This document shows positions 10,891 through 19,770 of a DNA stretch of 42,325 bases, piece after piece. The stretch is from Deltaproteobacteria bacterium. Its GTDB lineage: Bacteria; Desulfobacterota; Deferrimicrobia; Deferrimicrobiales; Deferrimicrobiaceae. The notes beneath the pieces are model-generated. The model had not been told where the DNA came from. It searched no databases and saw only the letters and a program-made list of their open reading frames with translations. The stretch lies in assembly GCA_003105225.1 (NCBI GenBank), contig PQAK01000162.1:1-42325 (forward strand), read 5' to 3'. A program made the translations under genes and the position numbers. How positions within the stretch are numbered: the stretch's first letter is position 1; every line of letters begins with the position of its first letter.

Positions 10891-11822
10891 GCCGCATCGA
10901 CCCGTCGCTCCTCCGGAGGACCTCCCTGTACGCGCGGAAGAGCAAGGTCACGTTCCGCGGCATGGCCGCCCCCGTCCGCAAGGGAATGTCGCTGGCGGAG
11001 GTCCTCTCCGGCCTTCCGGACTATCTCGCGGCGCGGGATTTCCGGGCGGTCGCGGACGCGGTTGCGGCGGCGAAGCGGCGGGGAGCGCCCGTTCTGCTCG
11101 GGATCGGGGCCCACTTCATCAAGGTCGGGCTCTCCCCCCTCCTCCTCCAGGGGCTCGAGAAAGGACTGTTCGACTGCGTGTCGATGAACGGGGCCGGGGT
11201 GATCCACGACACGGAGCTCGCGCTGGCGGGGAAAACGTCGGAAGACGTGGCCGAACAGCTCTCCGACGGCTCGTTCGGGATGGCCCGGGAGACGGCCCAG
11301 TTCATCCATTCCGCCCTGGCGTCGGGCGTCCCCGAGGGGCTGGGCTTCGGGGCGTCGGTGGGAAAGGCGATCGACGCTTCGCGGGTCCGGTACCGGGACA
11401 GGAGCCTGCTGGCCGCGGCGCACCGGCGGGGCGTGCCGGCGACCGTCCACGTCTGCATCGGCTCCGACATCATCCACATGCACCCGGAGGCGGACGGCGC
11501 GGCGATGGGAGAGGCCTCCCAGCGGGATTTCCGCCGTTTCTGCGAGATGGTCGCCCGCATGGAGCGCGGGGTGTACCTGAACGTCGGTTCCGCGGTGGTC
11601 CTGCCCGAGGTGTTCCTGAAGGCGGTGGCCGTCGCCCGCAACCTGGGAAGGCCGCTTTCCCGGATCACCACGGTGAACATGGATTTCATCCGCCACTACC
11701 GACCGGACGCAAACGTCGTTACCCGCCCCACGCGTGCCGGGGGGAAGGGATACCACCTGATCGGCCCGCACGAGATCCTTTTCCCCCTCCTCATGGCGGC
11801 GGTCGCGGAGAGGCTGTGGTAG
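10887..11822 (+). CDS. Conserved hypothetical protein, deoxyhypusine-synthase-like fold (tentative)
   Basis: GAHFIKVGLSPLLLQGLEKGLFDCVSMNGAGVIHDTE and the C-terminal LIGPHEILFPLLMAAV resemble the DHS family (VTTaGgiEeD ... VFPLLVAE). The ATG overlaps the gmhA stop (ATGA). Confidence 0.5.
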   Translation: MSRIDPSLLRRTSLYARKSKVTFRGMAAPVRKGMSLAEVLSGLPDYLAARDFRAVADAVAAAKRRGAPVLLGIGAHFIKVGLSPLLLQGLEKGLFDCVSMNGAGVIHDTELALAGKTSEDVAEQLSDGSFGMARETAQFIHSALASGVPEGLGFGASVGKAIDASRVRYRDRSLLAAAHRRGVPATVHVCIGSDIIHMHPEADGAAMGEASQRDFRRFCEMVARMERGVYLNVGSAVVLPEVFLKAVAVARNLGRPLSRITTVNMDFIRHYRPDANVVTRPTRAGGKGYHLIGPHEILFPLLMAAVAERLW

Positions 11823-11831
11823 GCGGTTCCG

Positions 11832-12533
11832 CTACAGCGCCGCTTCCTCCCCGGGCCGGAGCACGACCACGCGGGTCATCGGGGCGACCTTCTTCGTCTC
11901 CGCGACGAACCGGTCCGCGTTGGGCTCGAGGATCGGGAACGTCCCGTAGTGCATCGGAATGACCGCCTTCGCCCTGAGAAGGGCGCACGCCTTCGCCGCC
12001 TGGCGGTAATCCATGGTGAAGACCGAGCCGATCGGCAGCAGCGCCACGTCGATCGGGTACAGCTCCCCGATCAGCGACATCCCCGCGAAGATGCCGGTGT
12101 CCCCCGAATGGTAGATGGCGGTCCCCGACGGGGTCTTGATGACGTAGCCCACGGGCGCGCCGAGGGAGCAGGAGTGCCTCGCCTCCGTCATGGTGAAGGA
12201 GAAGCCTCCCAGGTCCACCGTTCCCCCGACGTTCATCCCCGATCCCCCGTTCAGGAGCTGGGACTCGGGGATCCCGCGGGATTTCAGGTCGCCCGTGAGC
12301 TCGAAGATCGCCACGATCAGCGCACCGGTCCTGCGGGCCAGTTCGGCGGCGTCCCCGGAATGATCGAAGTGGTCGTGCGTGAGAAGGAGAAAATCCGCTT
12401 TCGTTATCCCTTCCGGGCCGCCTGAAGCGGAAGGGTTTCCCTGGAACCAGGGATCGACGAGGACGGTTTTGCCGGAGGGGTCCTCGATGGAAAATCCGGA
12501 ATGCCCGAACCAGCGAATCTTGACGGTCGGCAT
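11832..12533 (-). CDS. Metallo-beta-lactamase-fold hydrolase (UPF0173-like)
   Basis: KIRWFGHSGFSIE...LLLTHDHFDHSGDA is the MBL HxHxDH motif in the UPF0173 arrangement. Confidence 0.8.
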   Translation of the reverse strand: MPTVKIRWFGHSGFSIEDPSGKTVLVDPWFQGNPSASGGPEGITKADFLLLTHDHFDHSGDAAELARRTGALIVAIFELTGDLKSRGIPESQLLNGGSGMNVGGTVDLGGFSFTMTEARHSCSLGAPVGYVIKTPSGTAIYHSGDTGIFAGMSLIGELYPIDVALLPIGSVFTMDYRQAAKACALLRAKAVIPMHYGTFPILEPNADRFVAETKKVAPMTRVVVLRPGEEAAL

Positions 12534-12586
12534 GGCGCGGTCCTCCCTGGGCGTTGGATGTTTTTATTTATAATGGTAAAACATCG

Positions 12587-13657
12587 ATGGAACAAGACCC
12601 GTTGCGAACGGAGCCGCCGGTGCGCGGTACGCATCCCCAGGAAGCCGCCTCCCGAATCCGCGTGATGACCCCGAACCGCGTGGACCTTGCGGGCGGCACC
12701 CTCGACATCTACCCGCTGTACCTCCTGGTGCCGGGCGCGATCACGGTCAACGCGGCGATCCGCATGCGGAGCCTCGTGGAGGCGGACTCCGTGCGCGGCC
12801 CGGCGCGGCTGGTTTCGAAGGATTTCTCGATCGGGGCGCGGGCCTCCGACACGCACGGTTTTTCGACGGAAGGGAGACTGGGGCTGATCGCGGCGGCGCT
12901 CCGGTTTTTCCCTCCCGTGAAGGGGGTCGTGCTGCGCTTCCGGAACGAGGCGCCGCTGGGGTCGGGCATCGGGGCGTCGTCCGCTCTCCTGGTGGCGGTA
13001 ATGCTCGCGATGGACGCCCTCCTCGGACGGAAGCGGGGCTGGGAGGAGACCGCGCGCGCGGCGATGGAGATCGAGGCGGGGCACCTTCGCTGCCTGACGG
13101 GGCGGCAGGACCACGTGGCGGCGCTGCGCGGGGGGATCCAGGGGATCCGCTTCGCTCCGGGCCGGATGGAGGCGGAAAGGATCGGCCCGGGATCCGACGC
13201 CGGCAGGAAGCTCGCGGCCCACGGGTTCATCGCCGGATCGGGGGTGGCGCACCATTCCGCGGATGTCAATTGGCGGATGATACGCGGCGCGATAGAGGGA
13301 AACGCGGAGATCCTGAACCGGTTCCGCGGGATCGCGGCCGCCGCGCGCGACGCGTGGGATGCCGTCAGGGACGGAGACGCCGCCGCGGCGGGGCGCGCCG
13401 TCGGCAGGGAATGGGAGATCCGCAGGACGCTGGCGGCAGGCGTCTGTCCCCGGACGGTGGAAAAGGCGTTCGCCCTGCGGGAGTTCCGGAAGCGGGTCGC
13501 CGGAGTCAAGCTGTGCGGCGCCGGCGGCGGAGGCGTGGCCTTCGGCCTCCTCCGCGGTCCGGAGGAGCGGAGGAAGGTGGAGACGCTCCTGGCGGCCGAG
13601 GGATTCACCGTATACCCGTTCCAGCTGTCCGGAGGTCCGTCTGTCGCCCGGTACTGA
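12587..13657 (+). CDS. GHMP-family sugar(-phosphate) kinase, HddA-like
   Basis: The N-terminal PNRVDLAGGTLD and GHMP motif II NEAPLGSGIGASSALLVAV are present, as is a C-terminal KLCGAGGGG. The start is uncertain (TTG 12554, ATG 12587 or ATG 12665). Confidence 0.7.
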   Translation: MEQDPLRTEPPVRGTHPQEAASRIRVMTPNRVDLAGGTLDIYPLYLLVPGAITVNAAIRMRSLVEADSVRGPARLVSKDFSIGARASDTHGFSTEGRLGLIAAALRFFPPVKGVVLRFRNEAPLGSGIGASSALLVAVMLAMDALLGRKRGWEETARAAMEIEAGHLRCLTGRQDHVAALRGGIQGIRFAPGRMEAERIGPGSDAGRKLAAHGFIAGSGVAHHSADVNWRMIRGAIEGNAEILNRFRGIAAAARDAWDAVRDGDAAAAGRAVGREWEIRRTLAAGVCPRTVEKAFALREFRKRVAGVKLCGAGGGGVAFGLLRGPEERRKVETLLAAEGFTVYPFQLSGGPSVARY

Positions 13658-15017
13658 CACCTGGGACGTGATCGTCATCGGCGCGGGTCCCGCGGGGCTG
13701 TTTGCCGCGCGGGCGCTGGCGGGGGAGCTCTCCGTGCTCGTGCTCGAGGAAAAGGCCCGCACCGGAGGGGCCGGGGCGATGACGGACGGGAAGCTCAACC
13801 TCTCGCCGCGGATCGGGCTCGACCTCGAGGAGCTGCGGATCACGGAGGAGGAAGCGGGCGCACGGATCGCGCGCATCGACGAGGCGTTCCTCGAGCATGG
13901 TGCGGACCGGACCCTCTACGGGGTCGACAAGGAGAGGATCGACCTGTGGCTGGACCGGGTCTCGTGGGTCCGCCACCCCACCCCGAAAGGGGATTGGGAC
14001 ATCACGCTCCTCCCGGCGCGGCAACGCCATATGGGAACCGACCTCGCCCACCGGGTGGTGGCCCGCATGACCGAGTCGATCGCCGGCGACGGGGTTTCCT
14101 TTTCCCTCCGGACGAAGGTGGAGGAGATCACCCTCCGGAAATCCGGCGGGCCGTTCCTCGTCCGGACTTCGAAGGGACGGTTCGCGTCGCGATACCTGGT
14201 CGCCGCCCCCGGGCGGGAGGGGGCGTACTGGTTCCGGGAAGTGGCCCGGTCGCTCGGCGCGCGGACGCGGTGGGGGGCCATCGACATCGGGTGCCGGGTG
14301 GAGGTGGCCCTGCCCGTCTACGGAGAGATCACCCAGGTCCTCTACGACCCGAAGTTCCTCTTCGTCACGCCCTCCCACGGGGACCGCACCCGCACCTTCT
14401 GCACCAATCCCGGCGGCAGGGTGCGCGTGGAGATCCGGAACGGCTGCCGGCTGGTCAACGGCGACGCGTTGAAGAGGCGGAAGACCCCCTGCACGAACTT
14501 CGCGATCCTCAACACCGTTTCGATGACCGAGCCCCTCCAGGACACCACGGAGATGGGGCGCAAGGTGATGGAATTCGCCAACTTCTGGGGCGGGGGGGAC
14601 AGCCTGGTGGTGCAGCGGTGGGGCGACCTCACCGCGGGCAGGCGCTCCAAGGCGGAGACGTTCCACTCCGCGGCCCTCGGGTACGACAAGATGACGCCGA
14701 CGCTTCCGCCCGGGCGGGGAGTCACTCCCGGCGACATCTCGTTCGCGTACCCGGGGAGGATCGTGGACAACCTGCGGGAGAGCCTCCTTCTCCTGTCCCG
14801 GGTCATCCCGGGGGTGGCGCACCCCTCGACGACCGTCTACGTCCCGGAGATCAAGTTCTACGACACGAAGTACGACACGGACCGGCACCTGGAGACGAAC
14901 GTGCCCAACCTGTTCGTCGCCGGGGACGGCGTGGGCAAGTCCCGCGGCATCGTCGGCGCCGCCCTCAACGGCATGCTCGCCGCCGAGGGGATCCTCCGCA
15001 AGGAAGGGAAGGCGTGA
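13641..15017 (+). CDS. FAD-dependent oxidoreductase (COG2509-like)
   Basis: A Rossmann DVIVIGAGPAGLFAA...LEE motif is followed by a long C-terminal domain ending FVAGDGVGKSRGIVGAALNG. There is no ATG after the upstream stop. The candidates are CTG 13641, 5 nt after a GGAGG, or GTG 13668. Confidence 0.65.
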   Translation: MSPGTDTWDVIVIGAGPAGLFAARALAGELSVLVLEEKARTGGAGAMTDGKLNLSPRIGLDLEELRITEEEAGARIARIDEAFLEHGADRTLYGVDKERIDLWLDRVSWVRHPTPKGDWDITLLPARQRHMGTDLAHRVVARMTESIAGDGVSFSLRTKVEEITLRKSGGPFLVRTSKGRFASRYLVAAPGREGAYWFREVARSLGARTRWGAIDIGCRVEVALPVYGEITQVLYDPKFLFVTPSHGDRTRTFCTNPGGRVRVEIRNGCRLVNGDALKRRKTPCTNFAILNTVSMTEPLQDTTEMGRKVMEFANFWGGGDSLVVQRWGDLTAGRRSKAETFHSAALGYDKMTPTLPPGRGVTPGDISFAYPGRIVDNLRESLLLLSRVIPGVAHPSTTVYVPEIKFYDTKYDTDRHLETNVPNLFVAGDGVGKSRGIVGAALNGMLAAEGILRKEGKA

Positions 15018-15073
15018 GTCCCCTGTCGGCGACGGAGCCGCCGCAGGAGGGGGGCGGAGGGAGGTAAAGCGCA

Positions 15074-15096
15074 GCCGCGCGGGTTCACCGCGCGGC
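15074..15096. terminator. G+C hairpin between convergent genes (possible terminator, no U tract)
   Basis: GCCGCGCGG-gttca-CCGCGCGGC lies in the 135-nt spacer between the flavoprotein and ADH 3' ends. Confidence 0.3.
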
Positions 15097-15152
15097 GAGC
15101 CACGACCGGAGTCCCCCTCCGAGGCGGCGAAGTCGTTACATGGGGACGGACG

Positions 15153-16157
15153 CTATTCCCCGACGACGAGGACGCCGGTGCCCTGGATCTCGTCGGCTTT
15201 GAGCATCTGGAGGGCGCGGTTGGCTTCCTTCAGCGGGAAGAGGGTGACCTTCGGGCGGATCGGGATCCGCGCCGCCTCCCGCAGGAGCTCCTCGCCGTCC
15301 CGGCGCGTGTTGGCGGTCACGCTGCGAAGGTTCTTCTCGTGGAAGAGGCACTCCTCGTACTTCATCGCGGGGACGTCGCTCATGTGGATCCCCGCCAGCG
15401 AGAGGGTCCCGCCTTTTTTCAGCGCGCGCAGCGCCGGGGGCACCAGCTCCCCGGCGGGGGCGAAGAGGATCGCGGAATCCGCGGCCGCGGGCATCCCCGA
15501 GGGGTCCTCCCCGGCCCAGGACGCGCCCATTTGCAGCGCCAGCTTCCGGTGGCGCTCCCCCCGGGTGCAGACGAACACCTCGCATCCCCGGTGAAGGGCC
15601 AGCTGGATGACGATGTGCGCCGAGGACCCGAACCCGTAGATGGCAAGCCGTCCTCCCGGGGGAAGATCGGCGCGCCGCAGCGCCCGGTAACCGATGATCC
15701 CCGCGCATAACAGCGGCGCGGCCTCGGCATCCGGAAAAGCCGGCGGAATCGGATAGGCGAACGCCTCCGGCACGACCGCGAATTCGGCGAAGCCGCCGTC
15801 CCGGTGGTAGCCGGTGAACAGCGGCGCCTCGCACAGGTTTTCCTTTCCCGCCGCGCAGAAGGCGCACGAGCCGCACGTGTGGCGCAGCCATGCGATCCCC
15901 ACGCGCGCGCCGGGAGAGAAGCGCCCCGAACCTTCCCCCGTCCGGTCGACGGTCCCCACGACCTGGTGGCCGGGAACGAGCGGCAGCCGCGCGGGAGGAA
16001 GATCTCCCTCGATCACGTGCAGATCCGTACGGCAGATCCCGCAGGCGGCCACCTTGACCCGGATCTCCCCGGGAGCGGGCGCAGGGGGAGGAAGCTCGAC
16101 GAACCGCAAGGGGGAAGCCGCGATCGGCCGGATTTCGGAAAGCAGCATCCCTTTCAC
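15153..16157 (-). CDS. Zinc-dependent alcohol dehydrogenase family protein
   Basis: GEIRVKVAACGICRTDLHVIEGDLP provides the catalytic Zn ligands. CGSCAFCAAGKENLC is the structural Zn site, and IYGFGSSAH is the Rossmann motif. The GTG start overlaps the upstream stop (GTGA); ATG 16148 is the alternative. Confidence 0.85.
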   Translation of the reverse strand: MKGMLLSEIRPIAASPLRFVELPPPAPAPGEIRVKVAACGICRTDLHVIEGDLPPARLPLVPGHQVVGTVDRTGEGSGRFSPGARVGIAWLRHTCGSCAFCAAGKENLCEAPLFTGYHRDGGFAEFAVVPEAFAYPIPPAFPDAEAAPLLCAGIIGYRALRRADLPPGGRLAIYGFGSSAHIVIQLALHRGCEVFVCTRGERHRKLALQMGASWAGEDPSGMPAAADSAILFAPAGELVPPALRALKKGGTLSLAGIHMSDVPAMKYEECLFHEKNLRSVTANTRRDGEELLREAARIPIRPKVTLFPLKEANRALQMLKADEIQGTGVLVVGE

Positions 16158-16813
16158 AGGCGGAAGGACGACGGATCCAGGATCTGGTATCCGGCATCCT
16201 GGATCGCTTTTTTCAGCGGGGCGACGTTCAGCGTGGCGACGCGGAAGAAGATCGCCCGTTTCCCTTCCACGGCGTGCCCCGTGGTCAGGATGCTGGTGAT
16301 GTTCACGTTGAATCCCTTGATGATCGAGACGATCCTCGCGAGCCCCCCGGGCCGGTCCGGCACGACCACCTCCAGCCGGGAGCTGATTTCCCCCACCCCG
16401 AGCACCTCGATGAAGGCCTTCAGGACGTCGGTCCGCGAGATGATCCCGGCCACTCTTCCCTGCGCGTCCAGCACCGGGAGCGAGTTCACGCGGAAGTCGT
16501 GCAGGAGGACCAGGGCGTCCTCCAGCGTGTCGGCGACGGTGGCCGTCACGACCTTCCGGGTCATGACCTTCTCCACGGGGGTTTGCCGGAGGAGATCCTC
16601 GGCCTCCTTCTCCGTCGCGCCGTGCAGCAGCGCCACCGGGAGCGTCGCCTCCCGGATGTCGCGGTTGGACAGGATGCCGATGAGCGTCCCGTTCTCCCCC
16701 GTCACCGGAAGCTGGTGGATGTTATGGAGGCGCATCCGGTCGCGCGCCTCGAACAGCGAGGCGGACGGCTGCACCGTGACGACGTTTCGCTGCATTCTCC
16801 GGACGACGAACAT
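16154..16813 (-). CDS. CBS-pair plus ACT domain protein (AcuB-like)
   Basis: Two CBS repeats (MQRNVVTVQPSASL...HQLPV..GILSNRDI; MTRKVVTATVADTL...NSLPVLD) are followed by a C-terminal ACT-like LEVVVPDRPGGLARIVSIIK. A GGAGGA RBS is present. Confidence 0.8.
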   Translation of the reverse strand: MFVVRRMQRNVVTVQPSASLFEARDRMRLHNIHQLPVTGENGTLIGILSNRDIREATLPVALLHGATEKEAEDLLRQTPVEKVMTRKVVTATVADTLEDALVLLHDFRVNSLPVLDAQGRVAGIISRTDVLKAFIEVLGVGEISSRLEVVVPDRPGGLARIVSIIKGFNVNITSILTTGHAVEGKRAIFFRVATLNVAPLKKAIQDAGYQILDPSSFRL

Positions 16814-16836
16814 GGGGGTTCCTCCTCTTCCCGGCG

Positions 16837-17787
16837 CTACTCCCCGAGAAACTCCTGCAGGTGCGCTTCCACCGATGCCGTGAGCGAACGGTTCTCGTAC
16901 CCCCCCTCGAGCAGGGAGACGAGCCTCCCCCCGCAGTGGCGGTCCGCCATCTCGACGACGAAGCGGCTCATGAAGCGGAACCCTTCCACCGTGAGCTGGA
17001 TATCGGCCAGGGGATCGTCCTGGTGGGCGTCGAATCCGGCGGATACGAGAAGGATCTCCGGCCGGAACGCTTCGATGGCAGGGCGCAGCATCTGCTCGAA
17101 GGCCAGGCGGTACTCCGCGTCACCCGAGCCGGGCGCCATCGGGGCGTTGAGAGTGGTCCCTTCCCCGGCCCCCTTCCCGGTCTCCCATCTTCTGCCCGTC
17201 CCCGGGTACAGAAAGGAGGGGTGCTCGTGGATGCTGAAAAAATAGACGGACGGATCCTCCAGGAAGATGCTCTGCGTCCCGTTCCCGTGGTGGACGTCCC
17301 AGTCCACGATGAAGATGCGGGAGACCCCATGCCGCGCCTGCAGGTACCGGGCCGCGACGGCGACGTTGTTCAGCAGGCAGAAGCCCATGCCGGTCTTCCG
17401 GTCGGCGTGATGGCCGGGGGGCCGGATCGCGCAGAACGCCCTCCGGACCTTTCCGGACGCCACCGCCTCCGCCCCCGCGATCGCGCCGCCCGCGGAGAGG
17501 AGGGCGATCGTGTAGGAATTCCGGTTCAGGTAGGTGTCTTCGGCGTCCAGCGTCAGGTCGCCCCGGCGGCAGGCCATCTCCAGCTTCTGCAGGTAGGAAG
17601 GATCGTGCACGCGCAGGATGTCGGCTTCCTCGGCGTACCCCGGCGTGATGGCGACCAGCTTGTCCATCAACCCCGTTGCTGCGAGATGGTCGAGAATGGC
17701 GACGAGCCGGTCCGGGGATTCCGGATGATCGAACGGAGGCGTGTGCAGCAGGTAGTCCTTGTGATAGACGAACGCCACGCTGTTCAT
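16837..17787 (-). CDS. Histone deacetylase-family (AcuC / acetylpolyamine amidohydrolase-like) deacetylase
   Basis: HPESPDRL, RPPGHHA, DWDVHHGNGTQ and EGGY are the HDAC-family active-site blocks. Confidence 0.85.
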   Translation of the reverse strand: MNSVAFVYHKDYLLHTPPFDHPESPDRLVAILDHLAATGLMDKLVAITPGYAEEADILRVHDPSYLQKLEMACRRGDLTLDAEDTYLNRNSYTIALLSAGGAIAGAEAVASGKVRRAFCAIRPPGHHADRKTGMGFCLLNNVAVAARYLQARHGVSRIFIVDWDVHHGNGTQSIFLEDPSVYFFSIHEHPSFLYPGTGRRWETGKGAGEGTTLNAPMAPGSGDAEYRLAFEQMLRPAIEAFRPEILLVSAGFDAHQDDPLADIQLTVEGFRFMSRFVVEMADRHCGGRLVSLLEGGYENRSLTASVEAHLQEFLGE

Positions 17788-17839
17788 CGGATCTCCATGC
17801 CGGTGGTCCCACTATAACAGAATCGGATATAGTGAAGAA

Positions 17840-19114
17840 ATGGAGACGCATTGGCTGTGCGCCCTGCTGGCGCTGGTGCTGTCGCTTGCGGCGGCGGCGG
17901 CGAACGCCATCCGGTCTTCCCTCCTCATCCTGGGGGAGGAGGGGCTGGCGGAGGAAGAAGCCCGCGGCGACGCGAGGGCGGGCCGCCTGCTGGCCGCGCT
18001 GCGCGACCCGTCGACCCGCCACCCCTTTTCCCTGTGGGCGCTCGCGGTGACGCTGAAAGCCGTTTCGGCGCTTGCCGCGGGGGCATCCGCCGCGTCGTTC
18101 GCGCTGGCCGCCGGGGGGTGGGCGGGGCCGGCCGTCGCGGCGGCGTGGCTGTTCGCCTACCTGCTGTTCCTCTTCTACCTGGAGAACGGCTCCACCGGCG
18201 AGGCGATGGAGAATCCGCGGCGGATCTTCCTGTGGACGGGAGCCTGCCTGGGGGCCCTTCGCGCGGCGGTCCTTCCGGCGCGCCTCCTCGACGGCCTGGG
18301 GCGGCTGCTGTTCGGCGGCCGGTACTCCCCCGAGGCGCTCATGGACATCCGCATCGGCTCCGAGGAGGGGATCCTGGACGTCATCGAGGAGGGAGCGGAG
18401 CACGGGACGATCGACGCCACCGAGGAGAAGATGATCGAGGGAGTCCTGCGCTTCGGGGAGACCACCGTCGCGGAAGGGATGACGCCCTGGTCGGAGGTGG
18501 TCTACATCAAGGAAGGATCCCCCCGCGGGGAGGTGGCCTCGACGGTGGGGGAGACGGGGTATTCCCGCTACCCGGTGCTCTCGCACTCCGGCGAGGAGGT
18601 GGTCGGGATCCTTTCCTCTTTCGTCCTCCTCCGGCTGCCCGCGGACGGGCGCTGGGAGGACCTCCTCGAACGGCCGATGTACGTCCCCGGTTCGATGAAA
18701 GTGTCCGACCTGCTGCGACGGTTCCAGCGGGCGATGGTGCACATGGCGGTGGCGATCGACGAGCACGGGAAGCTGTGCGGCGTGATCACGATCCACGACC
18801 TGCTCGAGCAGATCGTCGGAAGGCTGGCCGGCGGAGCCGATCTCCAGGAGGGGCCGGAATGGGAAAAGGACGGAGCCCTCTCGGTTCCGGCGGCGACGCC
18901 GGTCCGGGTCCTCCGCGAGGAGTACGGCATCGGTATCCCCCTGGGGGCGACGTACGAGACGGCGGGGGGATTCGTCATGGATTACCTGCAGCACCTGCCC
19001 GAAGGGCCGGTGACGTTCCTGGCCCACGGATACCGGATCACGGTGGCGGAAACCGAACGGTACCGGATCCGGCGCCTCCGGATCGAGAAGACGGCGTCTA
19101 CCGAAACTCCGTGA
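17840..19114 (+). CDS. CNNM/DUF21-CBS-CorC_HlyC family protein (TlyC-like)
   Basis: An N-terminal 4-TM DUF21-like region is followed by a CBS pair (MTPWSEVVYI...YSRYPV; MVHMAVAIDEHGKLCGVITIHDLLEQI) and a C-terminal CorC_HlyC-like domain. Confidence 0.8.
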   Translation: METHWLCALLALVLSLAAAAANAIRSSLLILGEEGLAEEEARGDARAGRLLAALRDPSTRHPFSLWALAVTLKAVSALAAGASAASFALAAGGWAGPAVAAAWLFAYLLFLFYLENGSTGEAMENPRRIFLWTGACLGALRAAVLPARLLDGLGRLLFGGRYSPEALMDIRIGSEEGILDVIEEGAEHGTIDATEEKMIEGVLRFGETTVAEGMTPWSEVVYIKEGSPRGEVASTVGETGYSRYPVLSHSGEEVVGILSSFVLLRLPADGRWEDLLERPMYVPGSMKVSDLLRRFQRAMVHMAVAIDEHGKLCGVITIHDLLEQIVGRLAGGADLQEGPEWEKDGALSVPAATPVRVLREEYGIGIPLGATYETAGGFVMDYLQHLPEGPVTFLAHGYRITVAETERYRIRRLRIEKTASTETP

Positions 19115-19703
19115 TCTCCTCCGCGGGTTTTCGAGGCGGCTTCGCGGTGGGGGAGTCGGGTTTCCCCACCGCGATGATGGCGAGGAGCTCTTCGGGATAG
19201 CGAAGGGACAGGGCGGATTCCAGCTCCTGCTTTGCGATCAGCGGTCCCGTCATCCAGCACGTTCCGTATCCCAATGCGTAGGCGGCCAGGGTGAATTGCG
19301 TGACGGCCGCGGAGATGCTCTGCAGGGACGGGTTGACCTGGAACCGGCGGATGCGATACCGATCCGGGTCCTTTTCCCGGAGGATGCGGTCGGTCGAGGA
19401 CTCGTACGGGGTCCCGATGACGCAGACGGCCGCCGGCGCGGCATAAAACAGGTTGTGGCTGTTGACCTTGTCCGGGGCGATGTTCTTCCCCGTGGTGCGG
19501 GAGATGATCTCGTCGACGATTCCCTTCATCCTGGCGAGGAGCTCCTTGTCCTCGACGACGAGGAACCGCACGTTCTGCGCGTTGCCGGCGGACGGCGCCC
19601 AGGACGCCGACTCCACCATCTTGAGAAGGGTCTGCCGGGGGACCGGCTCCTTGCGGAACTTCCGTACGCTCAGCCGCCCCTTCATCGCCTCGAAGACGTC
19701 CAT
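19098..19703 (-). CDS. Nitroreductase-family flavoprotein
   Basis: MDVFEAMKGRLSVRKFRKEPVP...ASWAPSAGNAQNVRFLVV is the nitroreductase signature. An AGGAGG RBS lies before ATG 19703. The 3' end overlaps the tlyC-like 3' end by 17 nt. Confidence 0.85.
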   Translation of the reverse strand: MDVFEAMKGRLSVRKFRKEPVPRQTLLKMVESASWAPSAGNAQNVRFLVVEDKELLARMKGIVDEIISRTTGKNIAPDKVNSHNLFYAAPAAVCVIGTPYESSTDRILREKDPDRYRIRRFQVNPSLQSISAAVTQFTLAAYALGYGTCWMTGPLIAKQELESALSLRYPEELLAIIAVGKPDSPTAKPPRKPAEEITEFR

Positions 19704-19770
19704 CCCGGCTCCTCCTTCGTGGAAGCGTTGTGACGCCTCCCCCAAAATAGCACAGAACCCGCGGCGCGCG

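Noticed and set aside
12470-12540. Apparent 1-nt discrepancy at a G-run (about 12477-12481). My hand indexing of the printed sequence disagreed with the ORF-track coordinates, which hinted at a frameshift in the MBL-hydrolase gene.
   Set aside because: The track translations of three different frames across this point are continuous and mutually consistent. The MBL protein reads through normally. I treat this as my own counting error in a homopolymer, not a pseudogene.
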